From NCBI GenBank assembly GCA_965263295.1, contig OZ253665.1:704001-768000 (forward strand): a stretch of DNA of 64,000 nucleotides, given 5' to 3'. Positions 29,113-39,483 of the stretch are shown in pieces (within the stretch, counting starts at the first letter, position 1; each line of letters opens with the position of its first letter). Origin of the DNA: Spirochaetia bacterium (GTDB lineage Bacteria > Spirochaetota > Spirochaetia > SP-2023). The position numbers and the translations under genes were made by a program. Under the pieces are notes generated by a model. It ran no database searches. It was not told where the DNA came from and worked only from the letters and a program-made list of their open reading frames with translations.

Positions 29113-31092
29113 ATGAGGGGGGAGCCGTTGTCAACACAAAATTCACCGCAAAATTCAGCCATACAATTGGCATTTCTGGCAGATATCCATTTTCACGATA
29201 TTTATGGTGAATTTGCGGACGGAAACTTTAAAGGAGTTCCCAATTCTGTCTCAGGTAAAAATGCAATCCTGAGAACCATGGAAGCCCAGATCAAGTCGAC
29301 AAGGCTGCTCAATGAGAACTATTTTGCCCTTTCGGCAGCATTAGATCAGATTGTGGCCAGAGGGATCAAAATAGTAATTCTACTGGGAGATCTTACCGAC
29401 GATGGGCAGCCCATACACATGAGGGGACTTGCCGAATTGCTGAATAAATATAGAGAAAGGCATGGATTAGAATATTACGGCACACTGGGCAACCATGACG
29501 TTGTCAGGCCGTATGGAAAGGGCGGCGGGAAGCCAGATTTCCTTGGGACAAACGGCAAAAAACAGGCTATTTATAGTAAAGATCCACTATATAGCAGAGC
29601 GTCGCCGGATGAGAATCCTGTCATTGCCAGTGAAGAAGTCTCCTTGTTGGGATACAAAGAGCTGATGGCATATTTGCCCAATACCGGATTTTATCCGTCA
29701 GAAGATAATATTTACTGGGAATCACCATTCTCTTCTCATACTATTGAATCTTATGATTACAGCAGAGCCTTGGAAGAGGCAAAATTGGACAATCGTTTAT
29801 ACGAAATATATAGAGAGGGAAGTGGCGGGAAATACAAAGGAGAAAATTACACGAATCCTTTAAAAGTTCCCGATTCAAGTTATCTGGTAGAATGTGAAAA
29901 AGACCTATGGTTTCTTTCAATTGATGCGAATATATTCATTCCTAAAGAAAATATTTCTGCATATAATAATGATCCGGATAACTATCATAGCAGCTCAAAT
30001 GCTGGATATAATAAGTTAATTACACATAAAAGATTTATTATCTCCTGGATAAAGGATGTAGTTGATCGCTCAATAAAAATGGATAAAATATTGATTGCCT
30101 TTGGCCACTATCCCGTAGTAGATTTTTATGAAGAATGTTCTCGAGAAATAGAGCAGATTTTTGGGCAAAACAAGTTCCAGGTCGAAAGAGTGCCCACAGA
30201 GAGTGTCTCTAAAATATTTGCAGAAATAGGTATCAAAATTCATTTTAGCGGACACATGCATTTTAATGATACTGGGTCTAAAAGATATGGTAATAATTTC
30301 ATAATTAATATAGTTGTTCCTTCATTGGCGGCATATATACCGGCGTATAAAATTGTAACTTTAAAGCAAAAAAATATTATGGAAGTGGAAACTATCATTT
30401 TGGATGAGGTTCCACATTTTAACGAACTATTTGAAAATTACCGGACGGAGCACAGCCATTTAAGTTCGATAGATTATCAAAATATATGGAATAAAGATAT
30501 TTTAAATGCCAGCTCTTATAAAGAATTAAATGAATGGCATATCAGGGAACTCACAAGAATCAGATTCTTGCCGGATGACTGGCCAGAAGATGTAGAGAAA
30601 ATGGCCCATAGTCTCAATGGGCTGGACATGCTGACGTTGTCGCAAATGTCGACAAACACAACAATAGAATCGACAGGCTTTGATCCTTCGACGACAAGTG
30701 ATGCCAGATTTCAAAAAGAATTTGAAAAGGCCAAAACCCAGATAAAAAATATAATACAGAAAGAAGGCTTCAAAGTAGAAGACTGGACGGCATGGAAAGG
30801 GTTTGATCTTATAGTTGATTTCTATAAATTAAGAAATGCTGATAAGTTGTGCCTGCGCAATGACATATTACCTGATCGGATAGATCAGTATCGGATGCTT
30901 TTGCGATATATAAATTCCGATCAGATAGAATTAGAAGTAAAAGACGATGGAAATTTTAAAAACAATAGTTTAGATGCCCTTTTTAAGAGGAGATTCTACT
31001 GGATAATACAAGTCCTCGACAAATTCACCCATGGAGAACCGAGCGATCATTTTTTAATTAATTTAAACGCAGGGAATATTGTTGAGATATAA
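29113..31092 (+). CDS. calcineurin-like metallophosphoesterase (the called 29044 start lies inside the repeat)
   Basis: DIHFHD, GDLTDDG, GNHD, GHYP, SGHMH motifs. Confidence 0.85.
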   Translation: MRGEPLSTQNSPQNSAIQLAFLADIHFHDIYGEFADGNFKGVPNSVSGKNAILRTMEAQIKSTRLLNENYFALSAALDQIVARGIKIVILLGDLTDDGQPIHMRGLAELLNKYRERHGLEYYGTLGNHDVVRPYGKGGGKPDFLGTNGKKQAIYSKDPLYSRASPDENPVIASEEVSLLGYKELMAYLPNTGFYPSEDNIYWESPFSSHTIESYDYSRALEEAKLDNRLYEIYREGSGGKYKGENYTNPLKVPDSSYLVECEKDLWFLSIDANIFIPKENISAYNNDPDNYHSSSNAGYNKLITHKRFIISWIKDVVDRSIKMDKILIAFGHYPVVDFYEECSREIEQIFGQNKFQVERVPTESVSKIFAEIGIKIHFSGHMHFNDTGSKRYGNNFIINIVVPSLAAYIPAYKIVTLKQKNIMEVETIILDEVPHFNELFENYRTEHSHLSSIDYQNIWNKDILNASSYKELNEWHIRELTRIRFLPDDWPEDVEKMAHSLNGLDMLTLSQMSTNTTIESTGFDPSTTSDARFQKEFEKAKTQIKNIIQKEGFKVEDWTAWKGFDLIVDFYKLRNADKLCLRNDILPDRIDQYRMLLRYINSDQIELEVKDDGNFKNNSLDALFKRRFYWIIQVLDKFTHGEPSDHFLINLNAGNIVEI

Positions 31093-31139
31093 TCTAAGCT
31101 GCCTATATTTATATTTTGAAGGATATAATTGGCGGCTTT

Positions 31140-32156
31140 TTATCTGCCGACATCAAAACCATCATCAAGACTATTGGATTTGAATAAAGTTTCTATCTCT
31201 TCTTTTACAACAAGATTTGAATCTCCCGCGATTGTGTGTTTCATGGCTGCTGCACCCGCCGCAAATTCTACCTTGTAATTGTCGGAAGCGTTCATAAGGT
31301 ATCCGAATAAAAATCCGGCAGCAAACGCATCTCCGCTTCCTACTCTATCAATAATATCTATATGATATTCTTTCGAGAATATAAGCTCTCGTCCTTTACA
31401 ACAGATACCCCTGTAAATATTTTTTGAAGCTGAAACCACATTTCTTACCGAAGATACTATATATTCAAAATCATGGTCTTTGATAACTTTTGGATATAAT
31501 TCTTCATAAATTTCGCTGATATCTGTTTTATCTGTCTTATACCCTAATATATTTATAAAATCAAGATAGCCTGCAAACGCGATATCGACATATTTAAGGA
31601 TCTTACTGATCCTTACTCTCGCTTCTGCATGGGACCAGAGTTTACTTCTGTAATTAAAGTCAAAACTGACTTTAATTCCCCTAGCTTGCGCTTCTTTCAT
31701 AAAGAACTCGGCAACTTGAAATGTTTCTTGGCTAATTGCAAGAGTGATTCCCGAAACATGAAAAAGTGAAACTCCTTCAAAGACGGCATCTATGTCATAA
31801 TCGGATATCGTAGTCTTTGAGAAAGCGGAATCTTTCCGATCGTACACAACTTTACTGTTTCGGATAGAATGCCCGGTTTCAAGAAAATATATCCCAACTC
31901 TTTCTCCGCCTCTCGCGATGTGGTCCGTATTGACTCCATAGCTCTTGAGATTCCTGATTGCTGCATTTCCTATTTCATTGGGCGCTACTTTTGTTATTGC
32001 CTTGACATCAATTCCGAGTGTCGCCAGGTTAACGGCTACATTGAGCTCCGCCCCGCCGTAATTTATGTCAAATGAAGTTGAATTTAAAAATCTTTGCTTT
32101 CCTGGAGTCGATAACCTTAAAAGCAGTTCTCCCATCACGGCCACTTTTTTATTCAT
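31140..32156 (-). CDS. kdgK: 2-dehydro-3-deoxygluconokinase (PfkB family)
   Basis: GELLLRLS, GGAELNVA, DFNYRSKLW, DRVGSGDAFAAG. Confidence 0.9.
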   Translation of the reverse strand: MNKKVAVMGELLLRLSTPGKQRFLNSTSFDINYGGAELNVAVNLATLGIDVKAITKVAPNEIGNAAIRNLKSYGVNTDHIARGGERVGIYFLETGHSIRNSKVVYDRKDSAFSKTTISDYDIDAVFEGVSLFHVSGITLAISQETFQVAEFFMKEAQARGIKVSFDFNYRSKLWSHAEARVRISKILKYVDIAFAGYLDFINILGYKTDKTDISEIYEELYPKVIKDHDFEYIVSSVRNVVSASKNIYRGICCKGRELIFSKEYHIDIIDRVGSGDAFAAGFLFGYLMNASDNYKVEFAAGAAAMKHTIAGDSNLVVKEEIETLFKSNSLDDGFDVGR

Positions 32157-32799
32157 CTGATTGCTTCACTTCTTCCCTGGCTTGTTTTATCCTGGCTACG
32201 AATTCTTTTGATTTTTCCACGATATCTTGGAAGGAACCGCTGGTGAGGCTTGCTCCAGCTCCTACGGCGACTACTCCTGCCTTAATCCATTCGACGGCAT
32301 TATCGACGCTGACGCCACCGGTAGGCATAATGTTTAACTGCGGCAAAGGTACTTTTATCGCCTTTACATATGAAGGACCGAACACGCTGCCTGGAAATAA
32401 CTTGACGATATCCACTCCCGCTTCAAGAGCCGTCAGCATTTCCGTTGGAGTCAGGCATCCAGCCATGTAAGGCACCTGGTATCTGTTACAAAATTTAGCT
32501 GTATCCAAATTAAAAGCAGGCGATACAATATATTCTGCTCCCGCTAAAATAGCAACTCCAGCTGTTTGGGCATCAATTACACTTCCCGCTCCAACTAATA
32601 ATTTGTCCGAAGGAATGCTCTTTTTAAGCTCTTTAATAACTTCAGTGGCACCCGGTACCGTATAAGTGACTTCTAATGCGGGAATTCCGCCCTCTGCACA
32701 GGCTTTCGATTTATTTACAGCCTGTTCAATATTGTCTCCCCGGATTACGGCCACCACACCGACATCAATTATTTTCTTTAAGACTTCAAGTTTTTTCAT
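32149..32799 (-). CDS. eda: KDPG/KHG aldolase
   Basis: VVAVIRG, EVT, VGAGSV, KLFPG, MPTGGV. Confidence 0.92.
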   Translation of the reverse strand: MKKLEVLKKIIDVGVVAVIRGDNIEQAVNKSKACAEGGIPALEVTYTVPGATEVIKELKKSIPSDKLLVGAGSVIDAQTAGVAILAGAEYIVSPAFNLDTAKFCNRYQVPYMAGCLTPTEMLTALEAGVDIVKLFPGSVFGPSYVKAIKVPLPQLNIMPTGGVSVDNAVEWIKAGVVAVGAGASLTSGSFQDIVEKSKEFVARIKQAREEVKQSDE

Positions 32800-32834
32800 T
32801 GCAAGCTCCCTTAGTCTATATATTTTACTATTGC

Positions 32835-34325
32835 TTATAAAGTTACCCCTGATTTAAAGATTGTCAATTCTCTAAAATCATTAATCTCATTTTTTGTTAA
32901 TTTCCCATTTGCGACATCCACAATATAATCAATGAAATCAACTAAAAGGTCGTCCATCGTCATATCCCCAGACAAGAGTTTTCCTGCGTCAAAATCTATC
33001 CAGTTTCTTTTTTTGGCGGCTAACTCACTGTTGGTAGATATCTTAACGGTAGGAACGAATCCCCCATACGGGCTGCCCCTACCAGTTGTAAATAACACCA
33101 TGTGGCATCCGGCCGCTGCAAGTGCCGTAGTTGCGACCAGATCGTTACCCGGCGCACTAAGTAGATTGAGGCCTCTCTCTTTTAATACTTCACCATATTT
33201 TAGCACATCCATGACTTTTGATGTCCCTGACTTTTGCGTACATCCCAGAGATTTATCTTCAAGCGTCGTAATTCCCCCCTTCTTGTTACCCGGCGACGGA
33301 TTTTCATATATCTTTTGACCGTGTCTGATAAAATAATCTTTAAAATCATTGATAAGACTTACTGTCTTGTCAAAAACCCCTTGATTTTGGCATCTTTTCA
33401 TTAAAAGAGTTTCTGCTCCAAACATCTCAGGAACTTCCGTTAATACCGAAGTGCCGCCGTATTGGATGACATAGTCGGAAAATTCTCCAAGCATGGGGTT
33501 TGCCGTGATTCCCGAAAGTCCGTCCGAGCCTCCGCATTCAAGCCCGAATTTTAGTTCTGATACAGAAACGGCCTCTCTTTTATCATGTTTCATTACCGAG
33601 TAGATTTCATGCAGAATCTCTTTACCTCTTGTTATCTCGTCTTCAACCTCTTGACATATAAGGAATTGGACTCTTTCTTTATCAAATTTACCCAGAGTTT
33701 TTTCAAACTCATCTATTTGATTGTTCTCACATCCAAGCCCTAATACCAAGACGCCTCCCGCGTTGGGGTGCTTTGCTGCATTCTGCAGGATTATCTTAGT
33801 ATTCTCATGATCTTCCCCAAGTTGAGAACATCCGTAATCATGTCTAAGCACGTTTACATTATCTATTTCAAGGTCGTGAATTCCAGATATAAACTCCTTT
33901 ACTATATTTTGGGCGATACCGTTGACACAACCGACAGTAGGAATAATCCACAATTCATTTCTTATCCCTAAATCGCCGTTTTTCCGTTTATAGATATTAA
34001 CTTTTTTTTCGGGAATATCAATTTTGCATTCGTGAAATTCTTGAGTATATGTATATTTGTCGAGATCTTTTAAATTTGTTGTGATATTGTGGGAATGAAC
34101 CCATCGTCCGGCCTGAATCTCAGATGACGCATGGCCGACAGGCATGCCATACTTAATAATATCACTGTTTTCTGCGATATCTGTAATGGCTATTTTGTGC
34201 CCTTTGGGGATATCTTCAAGCAGTTCTAAAGTTTGACTGTCAAAGTTTAAAATACGACCTTTGGTCAGATCTGTCAGGGCGATAATGACATTATCAGCTG
34301 AATTAATTTTTACAAATCTTTTCAT
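32835..34325 (-). CDS. uxaA: altronate dehydratase
   Basis: SAF N-terminus (GHKIA), PTVGCVN, HDYGCSQLG, GLECGGSDGLSG, NPSPGNKKGG. Confidence 0.95.
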   Translation of the reverse strand: MKRFVKINSADNVIIALTDLTKGRILNFDSQTLELLEDIPKGHKIAITDIAENSDIIKYGMPVGHASSEIQAGRWVHSHNITTNLKDLDKYTYTQEFHECKIDIPEKKVNIYKRKNGDLGIRNELWIIPTVGCVNGIAQNIVKEFISGIHDLEIDNVNVLRHDYGCSQLGEDHENTKIILQNAAKHPNAGGVLVLGLGCENNQIDEFEKTLGKFDKERVQFLICQEVEDEITRGKEILHEIYSVMKHDKREAVSVSELKFGLECGGSDGLSGITANPMLGEFSDYVIQYGGTSVLTEVPEMFGAETLLMKRCQNQGVFDKTVSLINDFKDYFIRHGQKIYENPSPGNKKGGITTLEDKSLGCTQKSGTSKVMDVLKYGEVLKERGLNLLSAPGNDLVATTALAAAGCHMVLFTTGRGSPYGGFVPTVKISTNSELAAKKRNWIDFDAGKLLSGDMTMDDLLVDFIDYIVDVANGKLTKNEINDFRELTIFKSGVTL

Positions 34326-35851
34326 TATAAGACCTCTTTGATAGCTTCTTTCATCGAAAGTGTGTCAATGCTTCTTGTATATCCCGCAAGCATATCGACA
34401 AAACCGTTTATTGCAGTCAAGTCGGCTCCCCAATGATCTTTCATGCCTAAAATAACAGAGGCCAATTTTGTGTAATCTCCGTCAAAATTATCCCACAAAT
34501 CTTTATAAATGCTTAAGATATCTTCCTCATCTCTGAGCTTAATATCTTCTCCATTTCTCTTTCCTTTGTAGAAGATGAGCATGGCCGCTAATGCAAATAC
34601 TAATTTCTGGGGAAGTTCTCCCCTTTTTTCAAAGTGAGAAAGGACTTGAGGCAAAATCCGGCTTCGGTATTTAGACATTGAATTTAAAGAGATATCTAGG
34701 AGCATATGCTCTACATACGGATTTTTAAATCTGCTGATTACAGATCCTGCAAAAGATAAAAGTTCTGTTTTGTCCATATCAAGGGCAGGAATGATTTCAT
34801 CATAAATAACTGCTTCTACGAATTTACCCGTAATTTCGTCTTCAAGAGTCTCTCTTACCGTATCAATTCCATATAAATATGACACCGGTGCCATTGCGGT
34901 ATGAGCCCCGTTTAGTATGGCCACTTTTCTTGTTTTATATGGTTTTAAATCTTCTGTAATTACTATATTTAGTCCTACTTGGTTTAATTTGAGTTGGTTT
35001 AATTTGAGTTGGTTTAATTTGAGTTGGTTTAATTTGAGTTGGTTTAATTTGAGTTGGTTTAATTTGAGTTGGTTTAATTTGAGCTCCCTTTCCAGTAACT
35101 TTTGGGGGCCTTGAATTACTAGTAAATGGAAATATTCCCCTGTCGTTATGAACTGATCTTGGTATCCTAATTCTTTTGCTAGTTCTTCTTTTTCGGCAAA
35201 AGGGTATCCGGTAACTATTCTATCCACCAGAGTGGAGCACCATACATTTGCCTCTTCAAGCCAAGTTTTGAATGCATCTTCCAATTGCCATAAATCAGTA
35301 TATTTTAATACGATCTCTTTTAATCTATCGCCGTTATAATCAATTAATTCGCATGGTAAAAGGATAAAACCTTTTGCTTTATCTCCGTTGAAATGCTTGA
35401 ATCTTTCATGAAGGAGTCTTGTGAGTTTGCCTGGAAAGGAAGATTGAGGTCTATCCTGATATTTATCCGTATCGACAAACGCAATTCCGGCTTCTGTCGT
35501 ATTGGAGATAATAAATCTCATTTTGGGGTTATGAGCTAATTTTAGATACTGATCAAATTCTTTATATATAGGGATTTCTCTGTTTACAGAAGAAATAATT
35601 CGGCAGCCTCGAACCACTTGATTCTTTTGATCTATTCCCCTGATTAAAGCTGTATATAAACCGCCTTGGATATCAAGAAGCGGAGGTTTATCCGTATTCG
35701 TAGATCTTACAACGGCAATACCCGCGTCTAAATCAGTTTTTTCATTTATGATATCAATCATCCAATCAAAAAAACATCTCAGGAAGTTTCCCTTGCCAAA
35801 TTGGATAATTTTTTCAGGATAGGCCGGATAATTTTTTCTGTTTAATTCCAT
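34325..35851 (-). CDS. uxaB: tagaturonate reductase / altronate oxidoreductase with in-frame (LKLNQ)7 expansion
   Basis: IQFGKGNFLR, SNTTEAGI, PCELIDYNG, TLVDRIVTGYP, KVAILNGAHT. Confidence 0.93.
   Translation of the reverse strand: MELNRKNYPAYPEKIIQFGKGNFLRCFFDWMIDIINEKTDLDAGIAVVRSTNTDKPPLLDIQGGLYTALIRGIDQKNQVVRGCRIISSVNREIPIYKEFDQYLKLAHNPKMRFIISNTTEAGIAFVDTDKYQDRPQSSFPGKLTRLLHERFKHFNGDKAKGFILLPCELIDYNGDRLKEIVLKYTDLWQLEDAFKTWLEEANVWCSTLVDRIVTGYPFAEKEELAKELGYQDQFITTGEYFHLLVIQGPQKLLERELKLNQLKLNQLKLNQLKLNQLKLNQLKLNQLKLNQVGLNIVITEDLKPYKTRKVAILNGAHTAMAPVSYLYGIDTVRETLEDEITGKFVEAVIYDEIIPALDMDKTELLSFAGSVISRFKNPYVEHMLLDISLNSMSKYRSRILPQVLSHFEKRGELPQKLVFALAAMLIFYKGKRNGEDIKLRDEEDILSIYKDLWDNFDGDYTKLASVILGMKDHWGADLTAINGFVDMLAGYTRSIDTLSMKEAIKEVL
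34979..35083. repeat. perfect 15-bp tandem repeat x7 (VNTR) inside uxaB
   Basis: (TTGGTTTAATTTGAG)7. Confidence 0.97.
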
Positions 35852-35886
35852 CTTGAGATAGACACCTTCATCTTTTAAAATAAACT

Positions 35887-36903
35887 TTAAGCGAATTTAA
35901 TTAATGATTTTAATTTAGTGCCATCATTATTCACTAAATCTTGAAAAGCCTGAATTGAATCTTCTTTTTCATAAACTCCAGTAATTAACTTTTCAATATC
36001 AACTTCCCCTTTGGCTATGATATCTATTACGGCTTCAAAATCCTTTTGAAGGGAGTTCCTGGAACCAAATATATTTAATTCTTTCTTTATAAGTATGGAA
36101 TGATTAAAAGTCGTTTCTTGCTTGCCATTTCCTATAAGTACGATATTGGCACCAAATGCGGCAGTATCTATACAAGATAGAAATGCTTGAGTTTTTCCTG
36201 TAGCTTCTATAACAATATCGAATCCGTTTCCATTGGTTATTTGATTTACTTTATCCACCAAATTATCATTTGAAGGATTAATGACCCCAAATGCGCCAAG
36301 ATCGCGAGCTTTATTTAGTCTTTTTTCCATTATATCGACTACGTATACTTCTGCTCCTTTTAATTTTGCTGAAATAAGGGCAAAAATTCCTATTGTACCT
36401 GAACCGAAAATAATGGCTTTATCTCCTGGTTTGACTGTAATTCTATTCAGAGCGTGATAACTAATAGTAAAAGGCTCAACCAAAGCAAGCTTTTTTGCAG
36501 AAAGTCTGTCCGTCTTGTATATCCTTTCTATAGGCATCGTGATATATTCGGTGAATGCGCCGTCCCTTTGAACTCCCATCGTTTGATTCAAAGTACATGC
36601 ATTGACTATACCCTTTTTACAAGAATAACATTCTTTGCAATTAAAATAAGGATTGGCGGTAACAATGTCTCCTACTTTAAGTCCTAAAGTATTTAGCGGA
36701 ATTTCTATAATTTCAGCCGAAAACTCATGTCCCGGTATTCTTGGGTATGTAGTAAATGGTTGATTGCCGGTATAAGTAGCAATATCTGATCCGCAAATTC
36801 CCACATATTTAATTTTGAGCAGAGCCTCGTTTTCCTTGTGAATGGGCATTTTGCTTTCGACGAATTCTATTTTTCCCGGCCTTGCGATGTTTATAGTCTT
36901 CAT
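35887..36903 (-). CDS. Zn-dependent MDR dehydrogenase, L-galactonate oxidoreductase (YjjN/LgoD)-like
   Basis: GICGSD, YPRIPGHE, PYFNCxxCxxC, GVQRDG, FGSRN; upstream of uxaB. Confidence 0.75.
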   Translation of the reverse strand: MKTINIARPGKIEFVESKMPIHKENEALLKIKYVGICGSDIATYTGNQPFTTYPRIPGHEFSAEIIEIPLNTLGLKVGDIVTANPYFNCKECYSCKKGIVNACTLNQTMGVQRDGAFTEYITMPIERIYKTDRLSAKKLALVEPFTISYHALNRITVKPGDKAIIFGSGTIGIFALISAKLKGAEVYVVDIMEKRLNKARDLGAFGVINPSNDNLVDKVNQITNGNGFDIVIEATGKTQAFLSCIDTAAFGANIVLIGNGKQETTFNHSILIKKELNIFGSRNSLQKDFEAVIDIIAKGEVDIEKLITGVYEKEDSIQAFQDLVNNDGTKLKSLIKFA

Positions 36904-36976
36904 GAAACTGAACCACCTGAAATACACTAATGTTTTATTAAGTATTCTTAAACTAAGATATAATATACTTAATGAG

Positions 36977-36994
36977 AAATAGAGTACTCTATTT
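36977..36994. promoter_or_regulatory. perfect 18-bp palindrome, candidate GntR operator
   Basis: AAATAGAGTACTCTATTT in the divergent intergenic region; GTATAC-core sites also near 37100 and 37198. Confidence 0.55.
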
Positions 36995-37250
36995 TTTAAA
37001 AAAGGTCAATTCTAGTTTACATTAATTTCAGAAACGTTTAATTCGTAATTATAATTTTCATCTTTTTTAGAAAAAGTATTGAATTATAAAAAAAAATCTG
37101 TATACTTAAACTCTGTATTAAAATATATGAAATTGTGGAGATAAGTTTCATAGATCTGGATATCTGATAAATATTGATTTCTAAATTCTTTACTAAAGTA
37201 TACTCTGTAAATGATTTTGGTATAACAAATTAGAAGGGGAATCATATTCC

Positions 37251-37868
37251 ATGAAAAATAGTATTTATAATAGATTAAAAGAAGAAATTATAACTTCTCA
37301 GTATTACCCTGGGGAAGTAATTGAAGAAAAAGCGCTTGCTGCAAAATATAATGTCAGTCGAACACCGATAAGAGAAGTCCTAGGCAGATTAAGACAGGAG
37401 AAGTGGGTTGAAAGTATATCGGGAAAAGGATTGCGAATATCTAGAATAACGTTAAAACAAATAAAGGATCTATTTCAGCTTAGATATGAATTAGAACCCT
37501 TAATGCTTAATCTTTCTTATAGGTTTATACTGGAAGAAAATCTCATGATGATAAAGAGACAAATTGAACATTCGCTTAAGTTTGAAGATATAGAGAAACT
37601 TACAAAATTAGATGACGAATTACATTATGAGATTTTTGCTAATTGCAAAAACGACCTTGCGATTGATATTATGAAAAATATTCAAGAACTAACAAGAAGA
37701 CTTAGATACTTCACTCACACAGACAAAGAGACAACGATTAAATCAGCCAAAGAGCATATTTTATTAATTGAAGCTATTCAGGACAGAGATTATGAAAGAT
37801 CAAGCCAGGTTTTAAGACAGCATATTGACAATAAGCAACTGTATATAATGAGAAATATTAATTTGTGA
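37251..37868 (+). CDS. GntR-family (FCD) transcriptional regulator
   Basis: LAAKYNVSRTPIREVL HTH; C-terminal D..LH, EH, H residues. Confidence 0.92.
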   Translation: MKNSIYNRLKEEIITSQYYPGEVIEEKALAAKYNVSRTPIREVLGRLRQEKWVESISGKGLRISRITLKQIKDLFQLRYELEPLMLNLSYRFILEENLMMIKRQIEHSLKFEDIEKLTKLDDELHYEIFANCKNDLAIDIMKNIQELTRRLRYFTHTDKETTIKSAKEHILLIEAIQDRDYERSSQVLRQHIDNKQLYIMRNINL

Positions 37869-37897
37869 TCCATAAGATCAGGAAGGATAGAAAATTT

Positions 37898-38935
37898 ATG
37901 AGGAAGAATCTAGCTATATCAATTGTTATTATTTTGATTTTTCTTGCACTTATGCAATTGAAGGTATTTGACTTCTCTAAAAATAAAGATGGAGAAACTG
38001 ATAAATCTGTCGCAAAGGTCGTAAATATTAAGGTAGGTTATGCAAATAATCCCGGAGAGCCTTTCGATCTAGGCGTTCATGAATGGGCTAGGCTCGTTGA
38101 AGAAAGAAGTAACGGCTCTATGAAGTTAACTGTTTATCCGTCAAGTCAACTAGGATCAAAGAATGACCTTATTGATCAAATGCTTATGGGTGACAGCGTT
38201 ATTACTCTAGCTGACGGAGCTTTTTATTCGGACCGTGGAGTTAGAGACCTTGGAATTACATTCGGCCCTTTCTTATTTGAGACTTGGGATGAAGTTTGGA
38301 ATGTAACGAAAGGCGAGTGGTGGGCAGATCAAATGAAGCAACTTGAAGAAAAAGGCTTAAAGGTTATCGGGGCCAACTGGGTGTACGGTGAAAGACATAT
38401 TTTAACGACTAAGCCCGTAAGAACTTTAGCTGACTTAAAAGGAATGAAAATAAGAGTTCCCAATAATACAATTCAAGTAAAAGGATTTGAAGTTTTAGGC
38501 GCTGTCCCGACGCCTATGGCTTTAGGCGAGGCTTATACTTCGTTACAGCAAGGTGTAATCGACGGTCTTGAAAATCCGTTAACGGTACTTTATAACGGTC
38601 AATTTCATGAAGTAGCTAAATACCTCACTTTAAGTGGGCATATTAAAAATTTTACTACTTTAGTAACGGGAAATATATTCTTTGGCACGCTTACAGAAGA
38701 ACAACAAAGGATATTGATAGATACATGCGAAACCGCTGGAGTATACAATAATAGACTGCAAGCAGAACAGACGGCTCAAATGACCGATAAATTTAAAGCA
38801 GAAGGTGTAGAAATTATTGAGATAGATATCAACGAATTTAAAGATAAAGCTATGGCTTTTTATGATCTACCTGTATTTACCTCTGTATGGAGCAAAGATC
38901 TATATAAAACGGTTAGGAAGGAAGCGACAAAATAA
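37898..38935 (+). CDS. dctP: TRAP transporter substrate-binding protein
   Basis: VYPSSQLGS, DLKGMKIRVP, YTSLQQGVIDGLENP. Confidence 0.92.
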   Translation: MRKNLAISIVIILIFLALMQLKVFDFSKNKDGETDKSVAKVVNIKVGYANNPGEPFDLGVHEWARLVEERSNGSMKLTVYPSSQLGSKNDLIDQMLMGDSVITLADGAFYSDRGVRDLGITFGPFLFETWDEVWNVTKGEWWADQMKQLEEKGLKVIGANWVYGERHILTTKPVRTLADLKGMKIRVPNNTIQVKGFEVLGAVPTPMALGEAYTSLQQGVIDGLENPLTVLYNGQFHEVAKYLTLSGHIKNFTTLVTGNIFFGTLTEEQQRILIDTCETAGVYNNRLQAEQTAQMTDKFKAEGVEIIEIDINEFKDKAMAFYDLPVFTSVWSKDLYKTVRKEATK

Positions 38936-38991
38936 AACATATTCTTGTCAAAGTAATGCTCTAATTAAAATTCAGCAAAAAGGTTAATAGA

Positions 38992-39483
38992 TTGAAAGAC
39001 AAGAACCGTTTAATGAAACAGCTATTGAACATTGATTACTTTCTGGCGGGCTTATCACTGGTAATATTGGTTTCGGTAACTTTCTTTGGTGTTATTATGA
39101 GATATTTCTTTAATGCACCATTCGTATGGCAGGAAGAAGTGCAGTTGGCTTGCTTGGTGTGTATTATTTTTATAGGAGCGGGAGTCGCATTTAGAAATAA
39201 AGGGCATATAGCCATAGATGTAGTTGTGGATTTGATGCCTAAAAAGCTGCAAAGAATAGTTGGTATCTTTGGATACTTGGTGACGACATTTGTCCTAATA
39301 TTCTTTATTAAGAATGGAATGATTTTTGTAGAAATCTTAGTAGAAATTGATCGGCGAACAAATATTTTAAGAATTCCATACTATTTAATTTACAGTATGA
39401 TACCTTTGGGCTGCTTGGCAATGTTGATAAATCATACTTTATTATTTGTAGAAGATATATTTCACAAGTTTGGTCAGAATTAA
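38992..39483 (+). CDS. dctQ: TRAP transporter small permease
   Basis: VIMRYFFN, WQEEV, HIAIDV; 4 TM. Confidence 0.9.
   Translation: MKDKNRLMKQLLNIDYFLAGLSLVILVSVTFFGVIMRYFFNAPFVWQEEVQLACLVCIIFIGAGVAFRNKGHIAIDVVVDLMPKKLQRIVGIFGYLVTTFVLIFFIKNGMIFVEILVEIDRRTNILRIPYYLIYSMIPLGCLAMLINHTLLFVEDIFHKFGQN

Noticed and set aside
34979..35083. CRISPR or iteron array
   Set aside because: Spacer-less in-frame tandem repeat inside uxaB
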